This document shows positions 20,101 to 28,893 of a stretch of DNA of 64,000 bases, one piece after another. The position numbers and the translations under genes are program-made. The number at the start of each line of letters is the position of its first letter. Position 1 is the first letter of the stretch. Source of the stretch: a virus; IMG/VR virus record IMGVR_UViG_3300031857_000047, positions 32,001-96,000 of that record. One strand, given 5' to 3'. Below the pieces are notes generated by a model that saw only the letters and a program-made list of their open reading frames with translations, did no database searches and had not been told where the DNA came from.

Positions 20101-20265
20101 ATACGGCGAAATACTATTTGTTATGTTATAATTTATAAAAGCTACAACTTGCGCCTGGATGAAGGCTTTGTTTGCCGACAACAGAGCATAAGCATTAGGA
20201 AAAGCATTAGAATCTTTGCTTAATCCTGGTTCAAATACGTAATTGAGTAATTTCTTTTTTGCCAT
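14107..20265 (-). CDS. Giant virion structural/appendage protein (2052 aa)
   Basis: Gly/Ser/Thr-rich beta repeats, a block of BNR/Asp-box-like repeats (YS.D.G..W....LP) and an N-terminal KCTRDVGY helical module. Confidence 0.75.
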   Translation of the reverse strand: MAKKKLLNYVFEPGLSKDSNAFPNAYALLSANKAFIQAQVVAFINYNITNSISPYVGYTYAPAKCTRDVGYFIDAILHDLKYGGNVKIRQVADYFHIKGEPMIRGDVSPEITGQQYIRDIINNYIFTNNPVTPTYGQTVVEQVTNQSSGEQGAAARITSEFQILGNVIQNGPTAMATKVPGVSSIRILGSYLPSDVLLITNTNTGQILYNFADPSNTVNFEYKNGRSSGDGELLSDLDFPSWWQTTDTITTINLSEDTSTLSASTDLQIFVEEPYQTIRPWDFGTDAIERMRVAAPQAMLDADFEYGLQPTKWQALGLLRSYPSFYEIPATDLTINAITTDASATTGFFGASLITVSTNGSHGYSVGTPITVKGLSNNINGFSRAEGTFLVHSIPSAVAFTYYASAKVGSAVGESLFTSFAQIRQAGFYTGASIGAPVFSVASNGTTSTIVSVFDSPSSSLRIAYSGSAPTPGSPITGSTFIPAGTSVSAINGNAVATVYAKNDINPTDTSISLTSYTGVQGGMAFDNGSGDAVYINSILSGEANLSAACGLTLLGADGIDTGVTGTIVAAIGSLATFNVSRTAGEYTVTDAQDSTSNGINYAIGDQIRIDGNQVGGSIGTNDITITVSSIDSGGAIVGFTYSGLAVSGGETYTAVSQSSTTSTLGAGATITVIRTGGTGEYTVSLANGGADFVPADTVTWAGTSFGGTSPENDIVIQVNGVTGGAIVDWELVGTPVGVSGDAVYTTPPSNNLTNSGAGAEFTIERISGAYSSIVTDGGANYRNGNQILILGTDIGGASPLNDLLLTVANSSAGSIISASANGTPFTGDSFLIYPSLTLSESLTGELPTGTSLDVGAIGTVQVDFTSKHGLVPGATILSNITSTPAPEVTAVATNLPNSGTWTDVAGYNGRFVAIKSGSNGTAVSTNGTTWTVGGNLTASTTWTSIAVGPIGGITTFWVAIASGGTVANYSTDNGATWTVGGVLPSSGSWTSVAYFNSAFVAVRSGSTAAAYSTDGINWTAATLPSSSNWQDVSGGTVGTSAFFVAVATGGTAAAYSVDNGANWTASTLPSSTTWNAVTFGNSRFLTVAKNTAVAALSTNGTSWTSITLPVSGTWNDLIFGDDNFVIVADSGGLVLTSFTGETGGFTERSSAAAIAYEGIGFSTYSGASSKFVAVATGSSAAQAITLTSANHQLAAGPFVITEVPSDTRLRYPARSTGAINSTAAITGALYARPDTFFTHRPFDGGVQLGTGGPQYGSQAIRQSKKYIRYQSGKGMMYTTGALFAPSYNIASATATGLAANSIITVTTDDTDHGAQPGATIEIVGMVSFEYNGTYIVESVLSSRTFTVRSIVPLSTTTAELGSDTRMLAKTWHGSTVRVGAFDEQNGIFYQYDGQEMALVRRSSTQQLTGTVSANIESNLISGSGTRFAEQLKAGDKIVLRGMTHTVTGITSNTQMTVTPDWRGVNAISGAKLCLVTELLIPQHEWNMDKADGTGPSGYVFDVSRMQMIGIQYSWYAAGFIEFMIRGSDGKFIFLHRIRNSNVNTEAYMRTANLPVRYEVENASARSKLKTTINSSATSITLIDASRFPNAGTVYIDNEIISYSNRSGDTLTGCTRATTLSNFVAGLNRSFTGSVAASHSAGVGVNLISCTLTPTISHWGSALLTDGLFDEDRGYIFSYAAAAVSVTTTKQTAFMIRLAPSVSNALVGDLGERDLLNRAQLLLKSIAIAADTGTGNLVIEGVLNPRNYPANPSNIIWTGLSSSGAGGQPSFAQIALGGSINWGGVPLTTATAQVAGLVQSSVSTPALNPGPGGTYSNSFRIDRNTFIITNAQYDASGLQIGDILINGTYLVGNRTVTNAQRTALTISTVPYTIITMNANASANSPNNTGISVTTQIPQTASSYPSTNYLFFTNASWNSSGASIGTRVDTTTTQFPAGTSVSAVTTRTLGFTTVRRVTFTQNANTTVAAAANITFQFGDVAFALPGEQVFSFISNPGNTGELSLAELKELTTTAIGGRGTFPNGPDVLAINVYKVSGTAVSTSIILRWGEAQA

Positions 20266-20277
20266 TTAATCTTTTCC

Positions 20278-20793
20278 TTATGCTCCGAATGCTATTGAAA
20301 ACGCTGTTACTCTTGCATCAACATAGTCTTTTCTAGTCAAGTGACTGGCTAATGTTGGTGCATTGTTTGCTGCTGCATCTAAAAATGTAGCGTCTGCTGG
20401 AGTATTTTGTCCAATTGCTATGTTATCCATGCCACCAATTTCCGAACTGTTAATAACAACAGCGCCGTTATCTATACTGATAAAATTAGTAGATGCTATT
20501 CCAATATAAACGTCACCATCTACTTCTAATCTTTCTAATACACCGAGATTTCTTAAGTGACTGTTTGTAATATCTTTTGATAAAGACAGTGTCGAATCGT
20601 CATTTTCTATAATATCAAATGCTGCGCCACTGCCGCCTATTTGAATGTTAGCTGCAAATAAAGTCCCGTTTATTGTAGCGTCGTTGTCTATAACTATATT
20701 GTTATCTAGATTAACATTACCTAGATCGTCTACAGCAAATCCAGGACTTGCAAATCCGTAGTTTGATTTTAGTGGGGAGTATTCAACTGTCAT
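20278..20793 (-). CDS. Short tail-fibre-like protein
   Basis: Fibre motif PTLASHLTRKDYVD; hydrophobic C-terminus AFSIAFGA. Confidence 0.55.
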   Translation of the reverse strand: MTVEYSPLKSNYGFASPGFAVDDLGNVNLDNNIVIDNDATINGTLFAANIQIGGSGAAFDIIENDDSTLSLSKDITNSHLRNLGVLERLEVDGDVYIGIASTNFISIDNGAVVINSSEIGGMDNIAIGQNTPADATFLDAAANNAPTLASHLTRKDYVDARVTAFSIAFGA

Positions 20794-20802
20794 TTTATTC
20801 TC

Positions 20803-21192
20803 TTATAGGTCATTTATAGCATGATAGTAGCTAACGCTGAATATCAATCTTTTCGATTCTGGACCAATTGGGGATGCAATTAACGTGACTTTTGAATCAT
20901 TGACCGTTGCAGACAATGTAATCATATCATCCTGTAATGAAGTTCTGCCGTATATTGTAATACTAGCCGAAGACGGCCCAGCAACTACTAAACATTTGAT
21001 AATTTCTTTATCAACAGATCCACCATCTACGCACATGGTGTATTCCGCAGACATAAAATCGCCCACGTAGAATTCGTCAATAACTGTGTTAGGGAAAATT
21101 TCAACCCAGGGGCCTTTATAACTGAGATTAACTCCGTTGTTAAATCTCAGGGTGCCCTTGAGTCCGCGTAAAAAATATCTAGTAAAGTCCAT
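20803..21192 (-). CDS. Small virion structural protein (beta domain)
   Basis: D.F....SAEY...E...LVV....A.IT.YG pattern seen in fibre-associated domains; late promoter at 21215-21220. Confidence 0.5.
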   Translation of the reverse strand: MDFTRYFLRGLKGTLRFNNGVNLSYKGPWVEIFPNTVIDEFYVGDFMSAEYTMCVDGGSVDKEIIKCLVVAGPSSASITIYGRTSLQDDMITLSATVNDSKVTLIASPIGPESKRLIFSVSYYHAINDL

Positions 21193-21257
21193 ATCGATCC
21201 AATGGTGTATTGAGTATTTAGCATAAACAATATCAGCATTGAATTAACGGGTTCTAA

Positions 21258-23069
21258 TTAGTTGGCAATTTTTAGCAGTTTTTTGTATTCTGGCAGGTAC
21301 AGGTATTCTATCTTGCTTTTTTGCAGCGTTTCTACGGCATCAAACAAGGTTTCTACTAGCGGATCTCCGCCTAGATTAAAACTAGTGTTGAAAATTATTG
21401 GGCAACCTGTAGTATCATAGAACTCTTTAATGAGGTTATAATAATGTTGATTCTGCTCAGCAGTCACTGTTTGAATACGGCAGGTTCCATCAATGTGTAT
21501 AATACTAGGAATCTTTTCTTCTATACCCGGTTGGCAATTTACTGCATACATCATGTGTGGAGTATCTTTCATTCCACGTAAATCGAACCATTCATGTACG
21601 TGCTCCTGCATAATTGATCCTGCAAACGGGCGGAAATATTCTCTATTCTTAACACTGTTTACATAATCTTTTCCGTCACTAAATCTTGGATCAAATAGAA
21701 TACTTCGATTACCTAGTGCTCTAGGGCCGTTCTCGCTACGCCCTTGAAAAAATGCCACGATATTTTTGTTAATCAAAAGATCTACAATGTCTTGATCAGT
21801 AGCATCTGTAATTTCAGCGCCATGGGATTGTGTAAATGCAGCAATATCTGCATCAGAATAATCATACTTGAATCCTAGATATAGCCCGTCTTTTGAATAA
21901 TCTATATTAGATTGTGGTTCTATACTCTTATAAAACATTAAGGCTGCGCCTATTGCAGTTCCGGCGTCATTACTAATAGGTTCTACGTAAATTTCAATTC
22001 CTTCGGCTCTTAGATGTTGTAGATAGTAGTAATTTGCTACACAGTTTAGTCCGTAACCTCCGCTAATTACCACTTTCTTTTGTCCAGTCATTTCTACAGC
22101 TTTTCGAATTAATCTCAAAACTTGTTCTTGAGTTTGAGTTTGACAAGCATATGCTAGATCTCTGCGATTGTCTAGATATGTAACATCGCTATTATCACCC
22201 CAGGACATCTGTGTAGCATCGCTACCTAGATAAGAAAATAACTCAGCATTTACTACAGCACCGTTTGGATACGTTGGAACAATAAGATTCCTATTGGCCA
22301 CTGGAGATATACTTGTGTCATCAAACAATTTAGGAATATTTGAATTTTCTTTTCCATATGGGAACAATCCCATAGTTTTTCCTGCTTCAATACTTGACCA
22401 TCCACAATATTGTGTTACAGCTTCGTAGACTTTGGTAATACCTGCACGATCTGTAATCAATGCTTCGTGCGTCTGCCCTGGTTCGTCGTACATGGTACCA
22501 TCAAAACTTTTAACTAATGCACCAGGATTTGGCCCTCTAAGTCCAATGTGTTTGTACACCGTTTTAAAACTTGCAGGATATTTACAGTCATAGATACTTT
22601 CAGTTTCCCATCCAATGATTTGTTCACCACTAATATTAAGTGGAATAAATGTGCCGGCGCCGTCTACAATTAGTGCTGTTGCTTGATCAAACCCTGACCT
22701 GTAAAATGCACAAGCAGCGTGTAGTTTATGATGCACGTGACTAAGATCAATTACCTGCGGATGTTTGTAAGGATTTTCTTTTCTACTAATTAATCCTAGT
22801 TTTCTTGCAAGTCCGGTATAAATGTCGTCACCGCTAAAGTCAACTCTACCTGCGGTTTCTTGTAGACTTTGTGTATGTGCTATTACAAGATAATCAATCT
22901 TGTCAGTGTAGTCTAGTATTTTAAGCATTGCAGCGTACGGGCCGCCGTCATACTTATTTCTACTTAATCTCTCTTCCTCAATCGAAAATACGATTTCGCC
23001 ATTTTTTAAGAGACACACACTGCTGTTATGTCCTCGAGCTAATGCTGCAATCCAGATATCTTTTTTCAT
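21258..23069 (-). CDS. O-carbamoyltransferase, NodU/CmcH/TobZ family
   Basis: GHNSSVCL, EEERLSR.K, HH.LHA..AF, VDGAG, AGKTMGL, GGYGLNCVAN, DAGTAIGAA, GPRALGNRSIL, REYFRPFA, HIDGTCRIQTV, NTSFN. Confidence 0.93.
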   Translation of the reverse strand: MKKDIWIAALARGHNSSVCLLKNGEIVFSIEEERLSRNKYDGGPYAAMLKILDYTDKIDYLVIAHTQSLQETAGRVDFSGDDIYTGLARKLGLISRKENPYKHPQVIDLSHVHHKLHAACAFYRSGFDQATALIVDGAGTFIPLNISGEQIIGWETESIYDCKYPASFKTVYKHIGLRGPNPGALVKSFDGTMYDEPGQTHEALITDRAGITKVYEAVTQYCGWSSIEAGKTMGLFPYGKENSNIPKLFDDTSISPVANRNLIVPTYPNGAVVNAELFSYLGSDATQMSWGDNSDVTYLDNRRDLAYACQTQTQEQVLRLIRKAVEMTGQKKVVISGGYGLNCVANYYYLQHLRAEGIEIYVEPISNDAGTAIGAALMFYKSIEPQSNIDYSKDGLYLGFKYDYSDADIAAFTQSHGAEITDATDQDIVDLLINKNIVAFFQGRSENGPRALGNRSILFDPRFSDGKDYVNSVKNREYFRPFAGSIMQEHVHEWFDLRGMKDTPHMMYAVNCQPGIEEKIPSIIHIDGTCRIQTVTAEQNQHYYNLIKEFYDTTGCPIIFNTSFNLGGDPLVETLFDAVETLQKSKIEYLYLPEYKKLLKIAN

Positions 23070-23078
23070 TGTATTCCT

Positions 23079-23996
23079 TTAAAATCCGTTAGGCCAAGTT
23101 GGCCACACCATATGACTCACTGAACTGGGCCAATCTATTCGTTTAGCCAGGGTAAGTTCGAATGTAATTTTGTCAAATTTCATTTTTTTCTGCAAACTAT
23201 GTATACTGTCTGCAAGTTCTTTAACAGCATTAATTGAAGTTTCTGTTAATTCTAATTTGTCTTTTAATTCTTGTTCTATCCATATAATGTTTTGATGTGG
23301 AGAAGGGTGGATGTCAAAAAACTTTTCACCAGGAGCATTAGTATCATCAAATTCAAAAGTTAAATCTAAATGTTGTTTTGCTATAGTTTCTAATGGAGTA
23401 AGCCAGTGATCTGCATGATCATTCCATATTTTTTCTTCATAGAACTTTAAATTAGCAATTTTGTCCCAGGCAAGACCAGTTTTTGATCTATTAGGATTAT
23501 CATAGATATGTTTTTCTCCTGATCCAGGAGCATCTCTAAAATCATCCCCCATATCACGTATATCTCCTATACTAGTCATGTACCATTTGCAACCGGTTGA
23601 ATTTAAAAAACCCTGAGTTAAACTTATATTGTTTAAGGTATGCATGAGATATGCTGGTTCATAGAAAAATGTATCAACCCATTTTTGATCATATAGAGAT
23701 TGATTTAGGTAATTAAAAATGCTACCAGCAGTTTTCCAATTAGAACGTCTTTCAGGTAGACTGTGTTCGTGATACCAATCATTACGTAGGTGACTGCTCC
23801 ACTGCACTATAATTAAGTCATCTTCAGTAAATGTGTGTCTGTGATGCGCCTCTACTATTCTCTCAGCAATCGCTCTGTTTCCTAATCCTGCAAGACCCCA
23901 ATTGTAAAATTCATCATAATCAATAGACAACAAATTAGCCCAGGTAGGCCAAGAATAACTGGTATAACTACAACCAAAGGTGAATAATCTTTTCAT
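23079..23996 (-). CDS. SGNH/GDSL-like hydrolase or acyltransferase (paralog 2)
   Basis: Block I FGCSYT, block II NWGLAGLGN, IIVQWS and block V DIHPSP. Confidence 0.65.
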   Translation of the reverse strand: MKRLFTFGCSYTSYSWPTWANLLSIDYDEFYNWGLAGLGNRAIAERIVEAHHRHTFTEDDLIIVQWSSHLRNDWYHEHSLPERRSNWKTAGSIFNYLNQSLYDQKWVDTFFYEPAYLMHTLNNISLTQGFLNSTGCKWYMTSIGDIRDMGDDFRDAPGSGEKHIYDNPNRSKTGLAWDKIANLKFYEEKIWNDHADHWLTPLETIAKQHLDLTFEFDDTNAPGEKFFDIHPSPHQNIIWIEQELKDKLELTETSINAVKELADSIHSLQKKMKFDKITFELTLAKRIDWPSSVSHMVWPTWPNGF

Positions 23997-23997
23997 A

Positions 23998-24924
23998 TCA
24001 AAATCCCATCAACTGTGTAGGCCATTGCATTTTGTCATATTTCTTTTCAAAAAACTCATTAGAAAATAATTTTTCTGTAAATTGCATTTTGCTAAATTTA
24101 AATTTATTAAAATGATCGTCGACTCTTTCAGCTACACTGTAGGCAAAATCCATAGTCTCTTTTGATAAATTTAATCTATCAGCTAATTGACTTTCAATCC
24201 ACAACGCATGTTGTCTTGGGGTTGGATGAAAATCGTCCGTAAACTGTTTAGTACCGCCTCGGCCATCGTCTATGTACTTGTAGGTATGTTCGTTATGTAG
24301 CTGTGCGTGAGTTTCCATGGGCATAAGCCAATGATCCTGATTGTCTTCCCAAATTGTTTTATTGTATATTGATAGCTCTGGAATTTTTTTCCATGCTAAC
24401 ATATCAACGTTAACATCGCCCGGTGTAGGTATGTGTCCTAATTCTCCGTAATCTGCATGATTTCTAAGATCTGCACCTAGGTTTCGAATATCACCCATAC
24501 TGCTCATGTACCATTCACAACCTATAGATTTTAACAGGCCTTGAGTTAATGAAATATGATTTAGGGTATGCATAAAATATGCAGGTTCATAGAAAAATGT
24601 ATCTACCCACTTATTGTCATAGAGTTTTTCATTGATATAATTGAATATACTGCCGCCTGTCTTCCATTGATAGGGCCTATCCGAACAACTGTATTTGTGC
24701 CACCAATCATTACGTAGGTGACTACTCCACTGCACTATGATTAGATCATCTTTGGTAAATCCGTGTTTAACATTAGCTTCTGCTACTCTTTCGGCAATGG
24801 CACGATTACCAATGCCTGCTAGTCCCCAATTATAAAATTCGTCATAGCTGACCGATAGCAAATTAGCCCAAGTAGGCCATGCATAATTAGTATAACTGCA
24901 ACCAAAAGCAAAAAATCTCTTCAT
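23998..24924 (-). CDS. SGNH/GDSL-like hydrolase or acyltransferase (paralog 1)
   Basis: FGCSYT, NWGLAGIGN, IIVQWS and DFHPTP; closely similar to its neighbour. Confidence 0.65.
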   Translation of the reverse strand: MKRFFAFGCSYTNYAWPTWANLLSVSYDEFYNWGLAGIGNRAIAERVAEANVKHGFTKDDLIIVQWSSHLRNDWWHKYSCSDRPYQWKTGGSIFNYINEKLYDNKWVDTFFYEPAYFMHTLNHISLTQGLLKSIGCEWYMSSMGDIRNLGADLRNHADYGELGHIPTPGDVNVDMLAWKKIPELSIYNKTIWEDNQDHWLMPMETHAQLHNEHTYKYIDDGRGGTKQFTDDFHPTPRQHALWIESQLADRLNLSKETMDFAYSVAERVDDHFNKFKFSKMQFTEKLFSNEFFEKKYDKMQWPTQLMGF

Positions 24925-24927
24925 TTT

Positions 24928-25932
24928 TTAGCAGGTAGGACAGGTAGGAGCAGATGTTACTGAAATTTCTTCTGTTGTAGATTGAAGAATAGGAAAGTTT
25001 TCAATTCCTTTTTTTACAGATTCTACAATGGCATTTTCAACTTTTTCATTCATCTTCATAATACCGTCGTTGCCACGATCTGCAACATCGTCCATGGTAA
25101 TTCTAATTGGGCTGTATTGACGAATTTCTCCGCCCATATCTAAAATATCTAATTTATCGTAGTCCATATAGGTAACATTAATTGGAAAAGTTGAACCAAG
25201 CACTACCGATAGCGGCTTGTTTAACGCTACCGCTAGATGTTGTCCCACCGAGTCACAGCCTAGGAAATAGTCAGCTTGGCCAATAATTCCTGCCCACTGC
25301 CTTAGTGATACATTTTGAGGTAGGGCCACGGGATCTTTGCAACCGTGTTTTTGAAAGTCTATTCCAAGTTCACTCATTACAATAACACCTAGGTCTTCTT
25401 TTTGTAATTTTTTTACAATCTCAATCACATGGACGCCTTCAAAGCTTCTACCGCTTGGATCATATATGATATTATTGTCGGCCTTAACTCCGCGGCCAAA
25501 CGGTTGGAATACAACTACTTTTTTCTTTCCGGTTTTTTCTTTTACTTCTTTAACAATGTTAAATCCTAGTATAGATTCGTCATTAGATAATTTTAAAAAT
25601 GGCTGCTGTAGTTCTCTAATGCCTTTGTTGTTTATGGCAATATCATATGCTTGTGCAATAGAACATTTTTGATTGAAATATTCCCAAACTCGATAGGGCT
25701 CAGGAGTAATTAAATCGCAATTAATTAATTTGTCTTCAAATAAATTTTTGTGCCAATGATCGTAGCACCTTGAATGTAATATTGGGTGACCTCTGTAGAA
25801 GTCTGTTCCACCTTCGCAGACAACTATAAAATTTTTATCAACTTCTTCGGCGTATTTTTCTAAGGCAGGTATTGAACAGAGTACACGGCCGGCGCCTCCG
25901 TTAATAAAAAATGCTTTGGTTCGTTCTGTCAT
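24928..25932 (-). CDS. Glycosyltransferase, GT9 (heptosyltransferase-like, GT-B fold)
   Basis: GGAGRVLCSIPAL start, VVVFQPFG and LRQWAGIIGQADYFLGCDSVGQHLA (equivalent of the GT9 DSG..HLA motif). Confidence 0.75.
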   Translation of the reverse strand: MTERTKAFFINGGAGRVLCSIPALEKYAEEVDKNFIVVCEGGTDFYRGHPILHSRCYDHWHKNLFEDKLINCDLITPEPYRVWEYFNQKCSIAQAYDIAINNKGIRELQQPFLKLSNDESILGFNIVKEVKEKTGKKKVVVFQPFGRGVKADNNIIYDPSGRSFEGVHVIEIVKKLQKEDLGVIVMSELGIDFQKHGCKDPVALPQNVSLRQWAGIIGQADYFLGCDSVGQHLAVALNKPLSVVLGSTFPINVTYMDYDKLDILDMGGEIRQYSPIRITMDDVADRGNDGIMKMNEKVENAIVESVKKGIENFPILQSTTEEISVTSAPTCPTC

Positions 25933-26005
25933 GTGTGATCCCTAAATGTTTTTGATACTATATAATTTAGCATCTTTTCAAGGAGAGAGCAATATTTCTG
26001 AACTC

Positions 26006-26034
26006 AAAAAAAAAGGAGCAATGCTCCTTTTTTT
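26006..26034. terminator. Rho-independent terminator ending the Cys/Gly cassette
   Basis: A9-GGAGC-AAT-GCTCC-T7, overlapping the stop codon of the 26033 gene. Confidence 0.8.
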
Positions 26035-26686
26035 ATTCAGTGCCGTCGGGCGCCGTTATTGGTTGTACTTTCCAGGGATCTATAGGCGGCGTACCGCCTG
26101 GAGCAGCACCAAACGTCTGTGGAATATCTCTGAGTTTTTGACGATGTTCTTCCCATTTGGCTTTGATAGCAGCAGGCATGTCGTCTATAACTCTAGGGTC
26201 AGACATTTGTAAATTTCTGTTTCTCCACTCACGAATATCTTGCCATGTTACATGTGGTTTTTTCCATGGATACGGAGTGACAAATGTATTTGTGATAGGA
26301 TCATATGCAATCTCAGTCATTTCATAAGTGTGATCTGGAGGAGGAACCAACGGTCTACGATATACTGTGCCGTCTGGCAGTGTTTCTTCATGTTGGTCTA
26401 AAAGATTATAATCTCGAACTTCATCAGCTCCTACTAGGCAGGCTAATAAAGGATTAAGATTGCAGTCAATTTCTACTTTTATAAGATTTAAGGGTGTTGG
26501 GTAAGTCGCTCCATCCTCATCTGGAGTTTTAAAATCTCCGGTAAGTCTGTTAGTTTCTGCGTCAACAAATACCCAAATTTTATCGTGGCCGTCGTAAGTC
26601 CAAACTCCGACTTTGTTCAATGTTCGAGTTTGATGTAGGTAATCGTCAGGCACATCGTAGGTAAATGATTTTTGAATTTTTGGCAT
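26033..26686 (-). CDS. Tail fibre assembly chaperone (paralog 2)
   Basis: C-terminal W.DIR..RNR.L..SD......W...RQKLRDIP motif of phage tail-assembly chaperones. Confidence 0.75.
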   Translation of the reverse strand: MPKIQKSFTYDVPDDYLHQTRTLNKVGVWTYDGHDKIWVFVDAETNRLTGDFKTPDEDGATYPTPLNLIKVEIDCNLNPLLACLVGADEVRDYNLLDQHEETLPDGTVYRRPLVPPPDHTYEMTEIAYDPITNTFVTPYPWKKPHVTWQDIREWRNRNLQMSDPRVIDDMPAAIKAKWEEHRQKLRDIPQTFGAAPGGTPPIDPWKVQPITAPDGTE

Positions 26687-26690
26687 TTTT

Positions 26691-27443
26691 TTATCCGTAA
26701 GTTACTGAAACAAGGCCACCACCACCGTGGCCGCCGCACCAGCAGTTGCCGCCAATGGTATGCACACTCATGCCGCCGCCGCCTGGAAAATATGACTTAG
26801 TGAACCAGTTGGTACACGATCCATTAGGTGAACCGTTAATACAACCGCCTGGACCAAACATAGGGCCAGATGCTGTAGCTGCTGCTAACATGGCATGCTG
26901 CTGGAATGCTTGTGCGCACCAATTATAACTTTGATATGTACTGTGTTGACCGTGGATACAAATATCTCCGCCAAATCCGTTACAGCAGTGTGTAAAAGGT
27001 ATGCAGCAAGGATGACAAAATTGATAGAAACAATGAGTGTCTCCATAATTTCCACCCTTGGCACAAAAATTACTAAGACCAAATCCTTGAACAAAACTGT
27101 CGCATCCAGCACAGCCGATACAGTTGGGTGATGTACTGGTAGTTCCGCCGGCACAAATTGTGTATTGGCATCCGCCAAGATTGGTGCTGCATACAGTTTT
27201 TACCGCATATGCACCGGCACCGCCGGGATTACCTTGTTGGCAGCAGCAACCACCGCCGCCACCACCGCCGCCACCCCACATCTCAAATTTAACATATCGA
27301 GTATTAGAAGGCAATGTAAATTGACAGCAACGTCCTCCGTTAGCCGGACTATCCACGCTGGTGTTATAGATCAAAACTTCTGTAGGAAAATTGGTAGCTG
27401 CAATAGCAGTAATTGTCCCTGTTAACGCTTTTAGAGTTGCCAT
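26691..27443 (-). CDS. Cys/Gly-rich adhesin-like protein C
   Basis: NGGRCC, EMWG9CCC, FPGGGG, GGGGLVSVTYG; about 24 Cys in 250 aa. Confidence 0.65.
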   Translation of the reverse strand: MATLKALTGTITAIAATNFPTEVLIYNTSVDSPANGGRCCQFTLPSNTRYVKFEMWGGGGGGGGGCCCQQGNPGGAGAYAVKTVCSTNLGGCQYTICAGGTTSTSPNCIGCAGCDSFVQGFGLSNFCAKGGNYGDTHCFYQFCHPCCIPFTHCCNGFGGDICIHGQHSTYQSYNWCAQAFQQHAMLAAATASGPMFGPGGCINGSPNGSCTNWFTKSYFPGGGGMSVHTIGGNCWCGGHGGGGLVSVTYG

Positions 27444-27457
27444 TTAATTTTGATTCC

Positions 27458-28219
27458 TTATTTGAAAGTGACCAGTACTTGGCCGCCGGCGCCCCATCCG
27501 CCCCAACAGCAAGCGCCATATGATATAGCTGTACCGCCACCGCCACCTGGGAATATATTTCCGTTGCCCATAATTGCACAACCCATCCAGAATTCACCGC
27601 AATGAGTTGAACCAGTTCTTGCGCCGCCTCCGGCATATGTTCCTTGTGGAGTATATTGCCATGCATCAAATCCGCACCATGATGCGTGAGCTGATCCTGT
27701 AAGTCCGCAAAGACTAAAGTCAGCGCCGCAGGTGCATCCGCAGATTGTAGTGGCGCAATGATAGCAACTAGAAATAGCGTAGAAGCAACTGCTGGTGCCG
27801 CCATACCCACCACTAGCACACAATGCTACTGGATATGAACTTGCTCCTGGATTGCACACGCTACTAGGAAAACCCGAGGTACCTAGGCATGATTGAGAGC
27901 AACAGCCGCTGCCTCCTGCACATAGTCTATAGGTTTCGCCAGGAACCACTCGAGTAGTTTTTCTAGCATAGCTACCTGAACCACCACCCATTGAAGGCTG
28001 TTGACAGCAGCAGGCGCCACCGCCATCGCCACCGCCACCCCATACTTCAAAACGGGCCCACGTTGTTCCTGTAGGTACAGTCCATAGACAGCAAAAACCA
28101 CCGTTGGTTACGTTGTCGTAACTGGTATTTCGAACATATAACTGATTAAATATGCCCGTTGCAGGCTGTATAATGTTTGTTGTAGCGGTATCTGGAAATA
28201 ACGAAGTTAACGTTGCCAT
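27458..28219 (-). CDS. Cys/Gly-rich adhesin-like protein B
   Basis: NGGFCCLWTVP, EVWGGGGDGGGACCC, CCWGGWGAGGQVLVTF; about 23 Cys in 253 aa. Confidence 0.65.
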   Translation of the reverse strand: MATLTSLFPDTATTNIIQPATGIFNQLYVRNTSYDNVTNGGFCCLWTVPTGTTWARFEVWGGGGDGGGACCCQQPSMGGGSGSYARKTTRVVPGETYRLCAGGSGCCSQSCLGTSGFPSSVCNPGASSYPVALCASGGYGGTSSCFYAISSCYHCATTICGCTCGADFSLCGLTGSAHASWCGFDAWQYTPQGTYAGGGARTGSTHCGEFWMGCAIMGNGNIFPGGGGGTAISYGACCWGGWGAGGQVLVTFK

Positions 28220-28223
28220 TTAA

Positions 28224-28880
28224 TTACCCCGCTTGGTCAGTAGGTGACGGCGTAGTGCCGGGCTCAATAGGAAACGGTACTTTCCAAGGATCAATACCTG
28301 CAAATACCCTAGGTAGATCTCTTAGTTTTTGTCTATATGTTTCCCAAGCTGTTTTATCAACATCAGCTGCTTGTGCTATTTTTCCATCAGTTGCTTGTAA
28401 CATAGCATTTCTAACATTTTTTAATGTTTCCCAATCCATGTGTGGTTTTTTCCACGGATAAGGTTTTACAAATTTTTCTGTTGTAGCATTATATTGTATT
28501 TCTGTGAGTTCGTATGTATGATCAGGCGGAATAGGATTTGGATGACCGTATGTGCTGCCATCTGGTAATACTTCAGATGTATGAGGTAGTTCACCGTATA
28601 TGGTCTCGTTATGGATGCAACTGGCAATTTCTGGATTTATAGCAGCATCTACCATAACTTTGATCTGCCCTTGTGGCGTTGGTACAGTATCGCCATTATC
28701 TTTTTCAGTATAATGAAATCTACTCATAATTTTGTTAGTAGCTGCATCTACAAATATCCACAAATACCTAGGACCCTTATAAGTCCACTGGGCTGTTCTT
28801 TTCAAACTATTTGTTTGATAAAGGTATGCATCAGCAATATCATATGTGAATGTTTTTACGATTGGTGTGTTTTCTGCCAT
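28224..28880 (-). CDS. Tail fibre assembly chaperone (paralog 1)
   Basis: W...K.VRNAML..TD...WETYRQKLRDLP; shares PPDHTYE and PYPWKKPH with the 26033 gene. Confidence 0.75.
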   Translation of the reverse strand: MAENTPIVKTFTYDIADAYLYQTNSLKRTAQWTYKGPRYLWIFVDAATNKIMSRFHYTEKDNGDTVPTPQGQIKVMVDAAINPEIASCIHNETIYGELPHTSEVLPDGSTYGHPNPIPPDHTYELTEIQYNATTEKFVKPYPWKKPHMDWETLKNVRNAMLQATDGKIAQAADVDKTAWETYRQKLRDLPRVFAGIDPWKVPFPIEPGTTPSPTDQAG

Positions 28881-28893
28881 TTTATTTTTCCTA

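Noticed and set aside
25950-25985. Sigma70 promoter for the GT9 operon (TTGAAA...TATAGT)
   Set aside because: The spacer is only 13 nt; the TAAATTA late-like motif is the more plausible signal.
27250-27280. CCG/CCA run as a phase-variable simple repeat
   Set aside because: It is mixed Gly codons encoding the conserved polyglycine motif; slippage would stay in frame.
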